Origin: Candidatus Acidiferrum sp.
GTDB taxonomy: Bacteria; Acidobacteriota; Terriglobia; Acidiferrales; UBA7541
DNA length: 64,000 nucleotides
Assembly: GCA_035279725.1 (NCBI GenBank)
Contig: DATEHF010000052.1
Coordinates: 79,766-143,765 of the forward strand
Direction: 5' to 3'
Part shown: positions 1-8,157 of the stretch, piece after piece
Numbering within the stretch: the first letter of the stretch is position 1
How the letters are laid out: every line of letters starts with the position of its first letter
Program-made: the position numbers and the translations under genes
The notes under the pieces: model-generated
Databases searched by the model: none
Told to the model about the DNA's origin: nothing
What the model saw: only the letters and a program-made list of their open reading frames with translations

Positions 1-73
1 AAGCGGAGGGGAAAGAAAGCCAAGAAGCGCCAATCTAAGTGGATTGCCTTACGTTCGACGCCGATAAGCCTTC

Positions 74-433
74 TCAACGCGGTCGAAAGATCAAGAGGGC
101 GGCAATCATCCCGCGAAGTACCAGCAAGCCTCCGCCCACGGCTAGCATTGGACCAACCCAAGCGAACGGTACCCGCGAAATCGCGAGCATGAGTACGCCT
201 AAAAGGGCGAGCGACAGCCCGCGCGTCCAGTTTTGCCATCGCAACCACCACTGGCCGGGGCTGTATAGCGCGTGCAGTCCTAACACAATCAGCGCCGCGC
301 CAAGAATCAACCAGGCCGGGCCGTTCGGATTCACACGGATGTGTCGCGCCAACCCCAGCCAGATTACAAGAAGGCCGAGCAGAATAACGATCAACTCGAT
401 CATCAATCTTTGAAGTCGCTCGGGCGTGAGCAT
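74..433 (-). CDS. small integral membrane protein, function unknown
   Basis: 119-aa ORF, almost entirely hydrophobic, with 3-4 TM-like stretches (LIVILLGLLVIWLGL, WLILGAALIVLGL, LSLALLGVLMLAI, MLAVGGGLLVL). It starts 15 nt downstream of the cyclophilin gene on the same strand. The antisense ORF 39..413(+) looks like a shadow ORF. Confidence 0.6.
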   Translation of the reverse strand: MLTPERLQRLMIELIVILLGLLVIWLGLARHIRVNPNGPAWLILGAALIVLGLHALYSPGQWWLRWQNWTRGLSLALLGVLMLAISRVPFAWVGPMLAVGGGLLVLRGMIAALLIFRPR

Positions 434-448
434 TGCGTTGGCGGCTGC

Positions 449-976
449 TTAGGAGACGCGTTCGATACGCAGCTTCTTGATGGACACGGGAGTCTTCGGC
501 CGGTCGCCCGAATCGCGCGGTACTTTTGAAATTTTGTCCGCCACATCCTGGCCTTCGACGATTTCGCCAAAAATGGTGTGCCGGTTGTCGAGCCACGGCG
601 TCGATGCCACGGTAAGAAAAAATTGGCTCCCATTGGTTCCCGGCCCGGAGTTGGCCATGGAGAGTTTTCCGGCTTTGGAATGTTTCAGCGAAGGATGAAA
701 TTCGTCGGCGAACTTGTAGCCGGGGCCGCCCATGCCGCTGCCGTGCGGGCAGCCGCCTTGAATCATGAAATCAGGAATCACTCGATGAAAGATCAGCCCA
801 TCGTAAAAGGGCCTCTTTTCCTTCTGCCCGGTCTTTTCATTCGTGAATTCTTTCGTGCCTTCCGCAAGACCAATGAAATTCGCGACCGTCTTTGGCGCTT
901 CAGTTTCCAGCAAGCGCACCACAATGTCTCCTTGGGAAGTCTCAAAAATTGCGTAAGTTCCTGCCGGACGGCTCAT
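449..976 (-). CDS. ppiB: peptidyl-prolyl cis-trans isomerase, cyclophilin type (cytoplasmic)
   Basis: 175 aa with cyclophilin blocks FHRVIPDFMIQGGCP, LSMANSGPGTNGSQFFLT and LDNRHTIFGE. No signal peptide. Confidence 0.93.
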   Translation of the reverse strand: MSRPAGTYAIFETSQGDIVVRLLETEAPKTVANFIGLAEGTKEFTNEKTGQKEKRPFYDGLIFHRVIPDFMIQGGCPHGSGMGGPGYKFADEFHPSLKHSKAGKLSMANSGPGTNGSQFFLTVASTPWLDNRHTIFGEIVEGQDVADKISKVPRDSGDRPKTPVSIKKLRIERVS

Positions 977-1065
977 GCGAATCTCCTCTTTCTACCGCAT
1001 CATCCTACACGAGGCGGACTGGCTCGCGCCACTTTGCGAAAGAAAATCACTGCATGCCGTTTGTT

Positions 1066-1821
1066 CTAAACCTGTTTTGTAGCCGCAAATCGCAATCGTA
1101 CATAGTCAGCGGTCCATTTCCCCTCGGAATCACCCAGCTCAGGGCGCAAAGCTTCGCGCACTTCCGCGATATAAGTGGGGCGCTCCGCCGGCGGCAGACA
1201 AGCTGTGAAACTCTCTCCAAAAGTTTCCAGCCAGCCCGTAACGTCTCCGGGCAGAGGGGTAGGGCGGGGGACAAGCACGATTGAGGTTATCGAAAAGCTA
1301 TTTTTCTCAAGCAGCGCCGAGTATTCCTCGACCGTCGGAAAATACCAGGGAACGGCGGCCTCTCCGTTCAGCCCGCGGCGATTCAGTGCATTCACCAGCG
1401 CTCTCTTGATTTTCGCCACACACCCATGTCCGCCGAACTCCGCCACAAAGCGCCCCTTTGGCCGGAGCGCGCGCCACGCGCCGGAGATCACCGCCTCTGG
1501 GTTTCGCATCCAGTGAAGCGCCGCGTTGCTGAACACGGCGTCAAACTCACCATCGAAGGAAAGCTTTTCGCCGTCCATCACCTGCGCATCCAGCCCCAGT
1601 TTTCGCGCTGCTTCAATCTGCGCGGCGCTCCCGTCAACTCCTACGACGCTGCATCCCATCGCCGCGAGCTTCGCCGATAGCACGCCGTCGCCGCAGCCCA
1701 GGTCCAGAATGCGCTCTCCAGGAACGGGGTTCAGCAATTCGACCACAGCCGCGGAGAGAGCGCTGACAAAACGAGCATTGCGCGCGTAGCGTTCCGGGTC
1801 CCAAGTCTGCGAAGAAATCAT
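1066..1821 (-). CDS. class I SAM-dependent methyltransferase
   Basis: SAM-binding motif ILDLGCGDGVLS followed by VVGVDGS. I chose the internal ATG at 1821 (MISSQTWDPERY...). The extension to 1947 overlaps the next gene and is Ser/Gly/Thr-rich junk. Confidence 0.8.
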   Translation of the reverse strand: MISSQTWDPERYARNARFVSALSAAVVELLNPVPGERILDLGCGDGVLSAKLAAMGCSVVGVDGSAAQIEAARKLGLDAQVMDGEKLSFDGEFDAVFSNAALHWMRNPEAVISGAWRALRPKGRFVAEFGGHGCVAKIKRALVNALNRRGLNGEAAVPWYFPTVEEYSALLEKNSFSITSIVLVPRPTPLPGDVTGWLETFGESFTACLPPAERPTYIAEVREALRPELGDSEGKWTADYVRLRFAATKQV

Positions 1822-1846
1822 TTGTTCAGCCCGATTGCGGCTTGGG

Positions 1847-2368
1847 CTACCAGCCTTTTTTCTTGCGAAGTTCGGTGATGTGTGCGGTGTGGTGCTTCCC
1901 ATGCCACTCGTAGAGAAACAGCAGCCAGTCAACGGTGCGCTCGCCATGGTCGGGATGGACGAGAACCCTCGCGTACTGTTCGGGCTTCAACGAGCGCCAA
2001 AGTTGGACAAATCGGACGTGCACGGAATCCAGCAGCGTTTGCGAGACCTCGACGGGCGTCGATTTCGAGTCGGCCAGTTCGGCCCAGGCTGCTTCGTTGT
2101 ACGGCTTAATGGTCGGCTTCTCCTCGGTGAGTGCCAGCTTCAGCCGCACGTAGGCGTTTAAATGACTATCCGGCACGTGATGGACAACCTGCCGCACAGT
2201 CCATCCACCATCGCGATACGGCGTGTCGAGTTGCGATTCGCTCAGTCCTTTGACCGCGGTCCGCATTTTCGCAGGCGTCGCGGCGATTTCTTCGATCGCC
2301 TGCTGCCGCCGGGCCGGCGTCACTTGCGTCGGCATTGCAAAATCTCCAATTGGGTAGCGTGGATCCAT
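1847..2368 (-). CDS. DinB/YfiT-family putative metal-dependent hydrolase or thiol transferase
   Basis: 173 aa. Resembles the YfiT/DinB_2 four-helix-bundle family, with conserved His clusters (VVHHVPDSHLN, EWHGKHHTAHI). Confidence 0.75.
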   Translation of the reverse strand: MDPRYPIGDFAMPTQVTPARRQQAIEEIAATPAKMRTAVKGLSESQLDTPYRDGGWTVRQVVHHVPDSHLNAYVRLKLALTEEKPTIKPYNEAAWAELADSKSTPVEVSQTLLDSVHVRFVQLWRSLKPEQYARVLVHPDHGERTVDWLLFLYEWHGKHHTAHITELRKKKGW

Positions 2369-2551
2369 CGAGAGCTCTCCTGGGGCAACCTGCTATTTCT
2401 TTCGACTATAGCGGCGGCTGTTTGTACCGGTCAATGCCGCGCCCGAAAAAAGCCTCTCCAATTTGGCTGCCTGCGTTCCGGATGGCAGGCGAGGCAATGC
2501 TACAATACGGGACCGCGTTGTACCCGGCGGATGCAGAGCCGAATCTAATGG

Positions 2552-3487
2552 ATGGAGAAACTTCGAATGTACAACGTTGTTATCATTGGAAGCGGCTGCG
2601 CCGGTCTAACTGCTGCGATCTACGCTGGTCGCGCTAACCTGAAGCCACTCGTGCTGGACGGGCATGAACCCGGCGGCCAGCTCTCTCTCACAACCCACGT
2701 TGAGAATTTTCCCGGATTCCCGGACGGCATCATGGGGCCGGAGCTCATCGAAAACATGCGCAAGCAAGCGCAAAGGTTTGGCGCGGAATTCAAGGCCGGC
2801 GCCGTAACTGAGGTTGATGTCAGCAAACGCCCCTTCAAAATCATCGCCGGAAAAGATACTTACGAAACGCAATCGCTTATCGTGGCCGCCGGCGCTTCGG
2901 CGCGCTTATTGGGCCTGAAAGGTGAACGAGAACTAATCGGCCACGGTGTTTCCACGTGCGCGACGTGCGACGGCTATTTCTTCCGCGGAAAGTCCATCGC
3001 CGTGGTTGGCGGCGGCGACTCGGCGATGGAAGAGGCCAACTTTCTTTCTCGCTATGCCAGCGAGGTGTATTTGATTCACAGGCGGAATGAATTCCGCGCC
3101 TCCAAGATCATGATTGACCGCGCCAAGGCCAATCCCAAAGTCGAATTTGTCACCCCTTACGCCGTCGAGGAAATTCTCGCACCCCAGGGATTCGTCGAGG
3201 GAGTGCGCTTGCACAATCAGGAGACAAAAGAGAAGCGCGAAATCGCTCTTGCCGGGGTCTTCGTAGCCATCGGCCACGATCCGAACAGCACAGTTTTCAA
3301 GGGCAAACTCGAAATGGACTCGAACGGCTACATGATCGCCAAGCATGGCAGCCTCACCACTGTTCCCGGGGTGTTCGTTGCCGGCGACGTCCAGGACCAT
3401 CGCTATCGTCAGGCGGTTACCGCCGCGGGCTCCGGTTGCATGGCTGCCATCGACGCCGAAAAGTTTCTGGAAGAGCACAAGCACTAG
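2552..3487 (+). CDS. trxB: thioredoxin-disulfide reductase
   Basis: 311 aa. FAD motif IIGSGCAG, redox-active CATC (VSTCATCDG), NADPH motif VVGGGDSAMEEA, C-terminal GVFVAGDV. Confidence 0.95.
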   Translation: MEKLRMYNVVIIGSGCAGLTAAIYAGRANLKPLVLDGHEPGGQLSLTTHVENFPGFPDGIMGPELIENMRKQAQRFGAEFKAGAVTEVDVSKRPFKIIAGKDTYETQSLIVAAGASARLLGLKGERELIGHGVSTCATCDGYFFRGKSIAVVGGGDSAMEEANFLSRYASEVYLIHRRNEFRASKIMIDRAKANPKVEFVTPYAVEEILAPQGFVEGVRLHNQETKEKREIALAGVFVAIGHDPNSTVFKGKLEMDSNGYMIAKHGSLTTVPGVFVAGDVQDHRYRQAVTAAGSGCMAAIDAEKFLEEHKH

Positions 3488-3522
3488 TTTCGTACTCCCT
3501 ACGCTGCCATAATAATTCCCGC

Positions 3523-4434
3523 ATGCTTCGGTCGACGCTCCTCAAACTTTCCGAAAGCAATGGTTTTGCCAATTGGGTCACTTCCAACGGCACTACGCGG
3601 CGCATGGCACGCCGCTTTGTGGCCGGCGAAACGCTGGATGAAGCCATTGCCGCCGCTCGCCAGTGCAATGATGCGGGCATGCTCGCCAGCCTCGACTATC
3701 TTGGGGAGAATGTTTCCACCACTTCCGATGCCCAGCATTCCCGCGACGCCTATCTCGAGATTTTTGAACGCATCGCCGAGGAAAAGCTGCACGCCAATGT
3801 TTCCGGCAAGCTCACGCAACTCGGGCTCGATATCAACGTCGAATTCTGCGAAGGGCTGGTCCTTTCCATCACCGAGCGCGCCGTAGGCTTTGACAATTTT
3901 TTCCGCATCGACATGGAAGGATCCCTTTACACGCAGCGCACCATTGACCTTGTCAAGCGCGTTCGTACACGCAATCCCGCCGTCGGCACGGTCATCCAGT
4001 CCTATCTGTACCGAAGTGAAAAAGACATCGCGGATTTATTGGCGTACGGCTGCCGCATTCGTCTGTGCAAGGGCGCTTATAAGGAATCCGAAGAGGTTGC
4101 GTTTCCCAACAAAGCTGACGTGGACGCCAACTACATTCGCTTGATGCAAATGCTCCTGTCCAGCGGTTTTTACCACGGCGTTGCCACGCACGATCCGCGC
4201 ATGATCGCCGCAACGATTCGCTATGCAGCTACGAAACAGATTTCCAAGGATGATTTCGAGTTTCAGATGCTCTACGGAGTGCGCACCGATTTGCAGCGCC
4301 GCCTCGTCAAGGATGGCTACCGCGTTCGCATCTATATTCCTTATGGCAGGGACTGGTTCCCCTACTTCATGCGCCGCCTTGCAGAGCGGCCCGCCAACCT
4401 CGGCTTCCTGGTCCGCAATTTCTTCCGTTCCTAA
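3523..4434 (+). CDS. proline dehydrogenase (monofunctional PutA-like)
   Basis: Family blocks LDYLGENV, FEFQMLYGVR and YIPYGRDWFPYFMRRLAERPAN. Start moved to the ATG at 3523 (MLRSTLLKL), because the longer ORF overlaps the trxB 3' end. Confidence 0.85.
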   Translation: MLRSTLLKLSESNGFANWVTSNGTTRRMARRFVAGETLDEAIAAARQCNDAGMLASLDYLGENVSTTSDAQHSRDAYLEIFERIAEEKLHANVSGKLTQLGLDINVEFCEGLVLSITERAVGFDNFFRIDMEGSLYTQRTIDLVKRVRTRNPAVGTVIQSYLYRSEKDIADLLAYGCRIRLCKGAYKESEEVAFPNKADVDANYIRLMQMLLSSGFYHGVATHDPRMIAATIRYAATKQISKDDFEFQMLYGVRTDLQRRLVKDGYRVRIYIPYGRDWFPYFMRRLAERPANLGFLVRNFFRS

Positions 4435-4448
4435 AATCGCTGCGCCGG

Positions 4449-5105
4449 CTAATTTTTGCGGCAGACGGTGACACCGTCGCGCAGCGGGATCAGCACCGGA
4501 TAGAGTTCCTTCGAAGCGTAGACGAGGCGGTTGAACTCCTGAATCCCCTGCGTATCAGCGTCGTCCGGAGCGGCCGGGCGCGCCGCCTTTCCGGACCACA
4601 GCGTATTGTCCGTGATAAACAAGCCGCCGCGCTTCAACTTCGGGAGCGCCACGCGGAACGATTCCGGGTATTGGCGCTTGTCCACGTCATTGAAGATGAG
4701 ATCGAACTTTCCCGTGGTCTTTTTTAGGAATTCATGTGCGTTACCCACGCGTACTTCAATCCGTTTGGCCACGCCCGCCCGCCGAAAATAATCTTTTGCC
4801 CGGCGTGCCTTTTCCGGATCGCCATCCGTATAAATCACTTTCCCCTTCGGCCCCGCCGCGCGCGCTAGCCAGATCGTGGAATAGCCAATCGCCGAACCCA
4901 TCTCAAATATCCGCTTCGCCCCGGAAACTTGCACCAGCAGCGCCATCAGCCGCGCCACCGCCGGCCCGATGATGGGAACGCGATTCTCCGCCGCGTACTC
5001 TTCAATCTCCGTGACAACCGCGTCGCGTTCCGGCAGCAGCTTGTAGAGATATTCCTCTACGTCATCCTGAATGTACCCGCTGCGCAGATTCTCGCTGCGA
5101 ATCAT
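4449..5105 (-). CDS. class I SAM-dependent O-methyltransferase (caffeoyl-CoA OMT-like family)
   Basis: 218 aa. Blocks IFEMGSAIGYSTIWLA, DLIFNDVDKRQYP and GGLFITDNTLW are typical of the Methyltransf_3 family. Confidence 0.85.
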   Translation of the reverse strand: MIRSENLRSGYIQDDVEEYLYKLLPERDAVVTEIEEYAAENRVPIIGPAVARLMALLVQVSGAKRIFEMGSAIGYSTIWLARAAGPKGKVIYTDGDPEKARRAKDYFRRAGVAKRIEVRVGNAHEFLKKTTGKFDLIFNDVDKRQYPESFRVALPKLKRGGLFITDNTLWSGKAARPAAPDDADTQGIQEFNRLVYASKELYPVLIPLRDGVTVCRKN

Positions 5106-5160
5106 GGTTTCTCTCCTGCTTCAAATCGTGAATTCAGTGTTTGGATGCCGCGAAGCGGTG

Positions 5161-5685
5161 CTAGTTAGATCCTGAAGCCAGCAACGACTGGATCGCTGCT
5201 TCATACTTTTCGCGCGTGCCTTCGCCAAGCACATGCCCGGCCTGCCGCCCGTCTTTCCCATAGAAGACAGAAACCGGCAGCGATCCCGACCAGCCTGGCA
5301 GAATTGCTTGAGTGAACGTCTCAATTCCGCCGGCTTTTTTCCGGTAGTTCGGAAAAATCGGCTTGTAGCGCGCCAGGAAGCGCCGCATCAAAATCAAATC
5401 GCCATCGTCATCCAGGCTCACGCCAACGACTTTCAATCCCTGCGGCGCATATTTCTGCGCTAGTTCATTCAGCATGGGATACTCGTGCCGGCACGGTTCG
5501 CACCAGGTCGCCCAGAAGTTCACCAGCAGCGGCTTCCCGTGGTATTGCGCGACCAATTTCTGGTAAGCCTGCAAATCGATCATCTCAGGATCGCGCGGCG
5601 TCGCTGTCTTCGTAGCTTGCGGCGACGCCATCGCCGTAGCGGCCGCCAGCAGTCCAACTAGGACAATCCAAGTCCGGATTCTCAT
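5161..5685 (-). CDS. TlpA/ResA-like periplasmic thiol:disulfide oxidoreductase
   Basis: Thioredoxin fold with CxxC (NFWATWCEPC). Signal peptide MRIRTWIVLVGLLAAATAMA. Start chosen at the ATG at 5685, 6 nt after GGAAGGA; ATG 5691 is an alternative. Confidence 0.85.
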   Translation of the reverse strand: MRIRTWIVLVGLLAAATAMASPQATKTATPRDPEMIDLQAYQKLVAQYHGKPLLVNFWATWCEPCRHEYPMLNELAQKYAPQGLKVVGVSLDDDGDLILMRRFLARYKPIFPNYRKKAGGIETFTQAILPGWSGSLPVSVFYGKDGRQAGHVLGEGTREKYEAAIQSLLASGSN

Positions 5686-5866
5686 GGTCATTCCTTCCAC
5701 TTTCATTCTATCCGTACCCCTGCCGGTTGAGAAACCTCTTCCCTCCGCGTACAATTCCTTTAGCTGCTTGTCGTCCCCAGCAGCCGCATGATATAAGGAT
5801 TTTTTGCCGGTTGAGCTGTCCTGCTGATGAGCCACCGGTCCACTGTCCGAACAAAGGAGACCCTTA

Positions 5867-6136
5867 ATGGCTTACGTGATCGCCGAGCCGTGCATCGGCA
5901 CAAAAGACACCGCATGCGTGGATGTCTGTCCGGTGGACTGTATTCATCCGCGCAAGGACGAGCCGGCATTCGAATCTGAAACGCAGCTTTACATTCACCC
6001 CACTGAGTGCATCGACTGCGGCGCTTGCGTCCCGGTTTGCCCGGTGACCGCTATTTTCGCCCTCGAAGATCTTCCGGAAAAATGGAACAGCTTCACGCCC
6101 ATCAACGCCGACTGGTACGCAAAGCAAGGAAAGTAG
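5867..6136 (+). CDS. ferredoxin, two Fe-S cluster type
   Basis: 89 aa with cysteine motifs [14 protein letters not shown] and [21 protein letters not shown] lies upstream. Confidence 0.9.
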   Translation: MAYVIAEPCIGTKDTACVDVCPVDCIHPRKDEPAFESETQLYIHPTECIDCGACVPVCPVTAIFALEDLPEKWNSFTPINADWYAKQGK

Positions 6137-6268
6137 TTCGGCTTTTTGGCAAAACTCGATCTTCATGCGGTTTTGGGCGGCATGCTTCGGCGTGCCGCCC
6201 TTCTTCTTGCCAACTCTTTCGTCTCGGCGATCATCTACCATTTCAGGCGCGGCTTGAGGAGGTCCTGC

Positions 6269-8056
6269 TTGAAGCTCGGAAATTCATCTCTGGTCTTAGC
6301 TTTCTTTGCCCTGACCGTTTTCTCAACAGCCTCCGGCCAGACTCCAGCCGTCCACCAACCTCCGCCGCAGCACAGTTCCCTGACGCTCGAGGGCCACTGG
6401 TCGGGTTCGCTGCAAGCCGGTGAGGCCGTCCTCCATCTCGTTCTCCACATTTCCAAGTCAGAAGACGGCTCGCTGAAAGCTACCATCGACAGCCTCGATC
6501 AGGGGGTTTACGGCATTGAAGTCACCGCCCTCACCCAGAAAGAATCCACTCTCCGTTTCAATGTGGCTTCTGTGGGCGCTTCCTATGAGGGAAGAATCGC
6601 CCCAGATCACTCCTGCATCAACGGTGGGTGGACGCAGGGCAGCGTAAGCTTGGCACTCGTTTTTCATCGCCAAGCCGCCGGTGCTGGTGCAAAAAAACCT
6701 TCCGACGCGAATTTTCCTGTTGAAGGAGTATGGCAAGGCGCGCTGGAAGGCAATGGGATGCGCCTGCGCTTGCAATTGCATGTCTCGCACGACGATCAGA
6801 AGCAACTCGTCGCCGCGCTCGATAGCCCCGATCAGCAAGTAAGCGGCCTTCCCGCCATCAAGGTTAGCCAGAAGGACGCAGCCTTTCATTTCGAAATCCC
6901 CATAGTGACCGGCGTCTACGATGGCACGCTCAACGCAGCAAAAACAGCCATCACCGGAAACTGGACCCAAAACGGCGTCGAGCAGAAATTGAGTTTCCGC
7001 CGTTCCGACCAGCTTCTCGATCTTGTCCGCCCACAAAATCCTGTAAAGCCCTATCCGTACAAGGAAGAAGAAGTCATCTTCGTCAACGACAAAGCGAAGG
7101 TCTCACTCGCAGGCACGCTAACTCTGCCACGCGGATCGGGCCCGTTCCCGGCTGCGGTCCTCATCGGTGGTACCGGCCCCCAGGACCGCGACGAATCCAT
7201 CGTCGGCCATCGCCCTTTTCTAGTTCTTGCCGATCATCTCACTCGAAAAGGCATCGCCGTTCTTCGATATGACAAACGCGGCATCGGCAAGTCCACTGGC
7301 GACTACGCCAACGCTACCACCGAGGATTTTGCTTCGGATTCCGAAGCCGCCCTGTCCTATTTGAAAGCGCGCAAAGAAATCGACCCGAGGAGGACCGGCC
7401 TTATCGGCCACAGCGAAGGCGGGCTCATCGCGCCGCTGATTGCTTCGCGATCGGCCGGCGTTGCTTGGATCGTCCTTCTGGCTGGTCAGGGGCTCAACGG
7501 CGAAGACACGCTGCTTCTACAGTCGCAATTGATTCTCCAGAGTTCCGGCGTGGACGACGACCAGGTCGAACGAACACGTGTGTTCAACAAGCAAACCTAC
7601 GCCCTGGTTCGCCAGGAAAAAGATCCCACGGTCCTGCAGGCAAAGCTGACCGATCTCGTGCAGTCCACCAGCATGAGCGTTATGCTTCCACCGGCTGCTC
7701 TGCAATCGCAACTCCGCGTCGTGACTTCGCCGTGGTTCCATTTTTTTCTCGACTACGATCCTGTCCCCGTCTTGCAGAAGACCACGTGCCCGGTCCTCGC
7801 TCTTACCGGCGAAAAGGATCTCCAGGTCCCATCCAGGGAGAATCTTCCCAAAATCCAGAAAGCCCTTGAGGACGCCGGCAATAAGGATTTTCAAACCACC
7901 GAATTGCCCGGTTTGAACCACCTCTTCCAGCACTGCCCGACTGGCTCCATCAACGAATACGGCAGCCTTGAGGAGACCATGGCACCGGAAGCCATGAACG
8001 CCGTCTCAGGTTGGGTACTGAAACACTCCGCTGGGCAATCTGCCTCCACCCCATAG
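6269..8056 (+). CDS. secreted alpha/beta hydrolase with duplicated N-terminal beta-rich domain
   Basis: C-terminal alpha/beta hydrolase with nucleophile elbow GHSEGG. Two homologous ~95-aa N-terminal repeats (GHWSGSL...GGWTQG and GVWQGAL...GNWTQNG). Start set at the in-frame TTG at 6269, 6 nt after GAGGAGG. This gives the signal peptide (M)KLGNSSLVLAFFALTVFSTASG. The ORF-track start 6146 is also TTG. Confidence 0.78.
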   Translation: MKLGNSSLVLAFFALTVFSTASGQTPAVHQPPPQHSSLTLEGHWSGSLQAGEAVLHLVLHISKSEDGSLKATIDSLDQGVYGIEVTALTQKESTLRFNVASVGASYEGRIAPDHSCINGGWTQGSVSLALVFHRQAAGAGAKKPSDANFPVEGVWQGALEGNGMRLRLQLHVSHDDQKQLVAALDSPDQQVSGLPAIKVSQKDAAFHFEIPIVTGVYDGTLNAAKTAITGNWTQNGVEQKLSFRRSDQLLDLVRPQNPVKPYPYKEEEVIFVNDKAKVSLAGTLTLPRGSGPFPAAVLIGGTGPQDRDESIVGHRPFLVLADHLTRKGIAVLRYDKRGIGKSTGDYANATTEDFASDSEAALSYLKARKEIDPRRTGLIGHSEGGLIAPLIASRSAGVAWIVLLAGQGLNGEDTLLLQSQLILQSSGVDDDQVERTRVFNKQTYALVRQEKDPTVLQAKLTDLVQSTSMSVMLPPAALQSQLRVVTSPWFHFFLDYDPVPVLQKTTCPVLALTGEKDLQVPSRENLPKIQKALEDAGNKDFQTTELPGLNHLFQHCPTGSINEYGSLEETMAPEAMNAVSGWVLKHSAGQSASTP

Positions 8057-8157
8057 CCGCCTGCCTTCCATCGACCTCCGCGATTGAGCACTTCCCGCGC
8101 GGCTGCAATTCATAAACTCTCCGGGTCGGTTATGATATTAGAGACAAAAACGTCCCC

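Noticed and set aside
1822-1947. N-terminal extensions proposed by the ORF track for many genes. Examples: 1066..1947, 3436.., 5161..5835, 16862.., 23575.., 25115..26770, 30835..31548, 35763..37454, 44120..44611, 44654..45763, 45812..46942, 48630..49334, 55632.., 56039.. and 57975...
   Set aside because: The extensions overlap neighbouring genes or are compositionally odd. Internal starts are preceded by Shine-Dalgarno sequences and/or open directly into signal peptides or conserved family N-termini.
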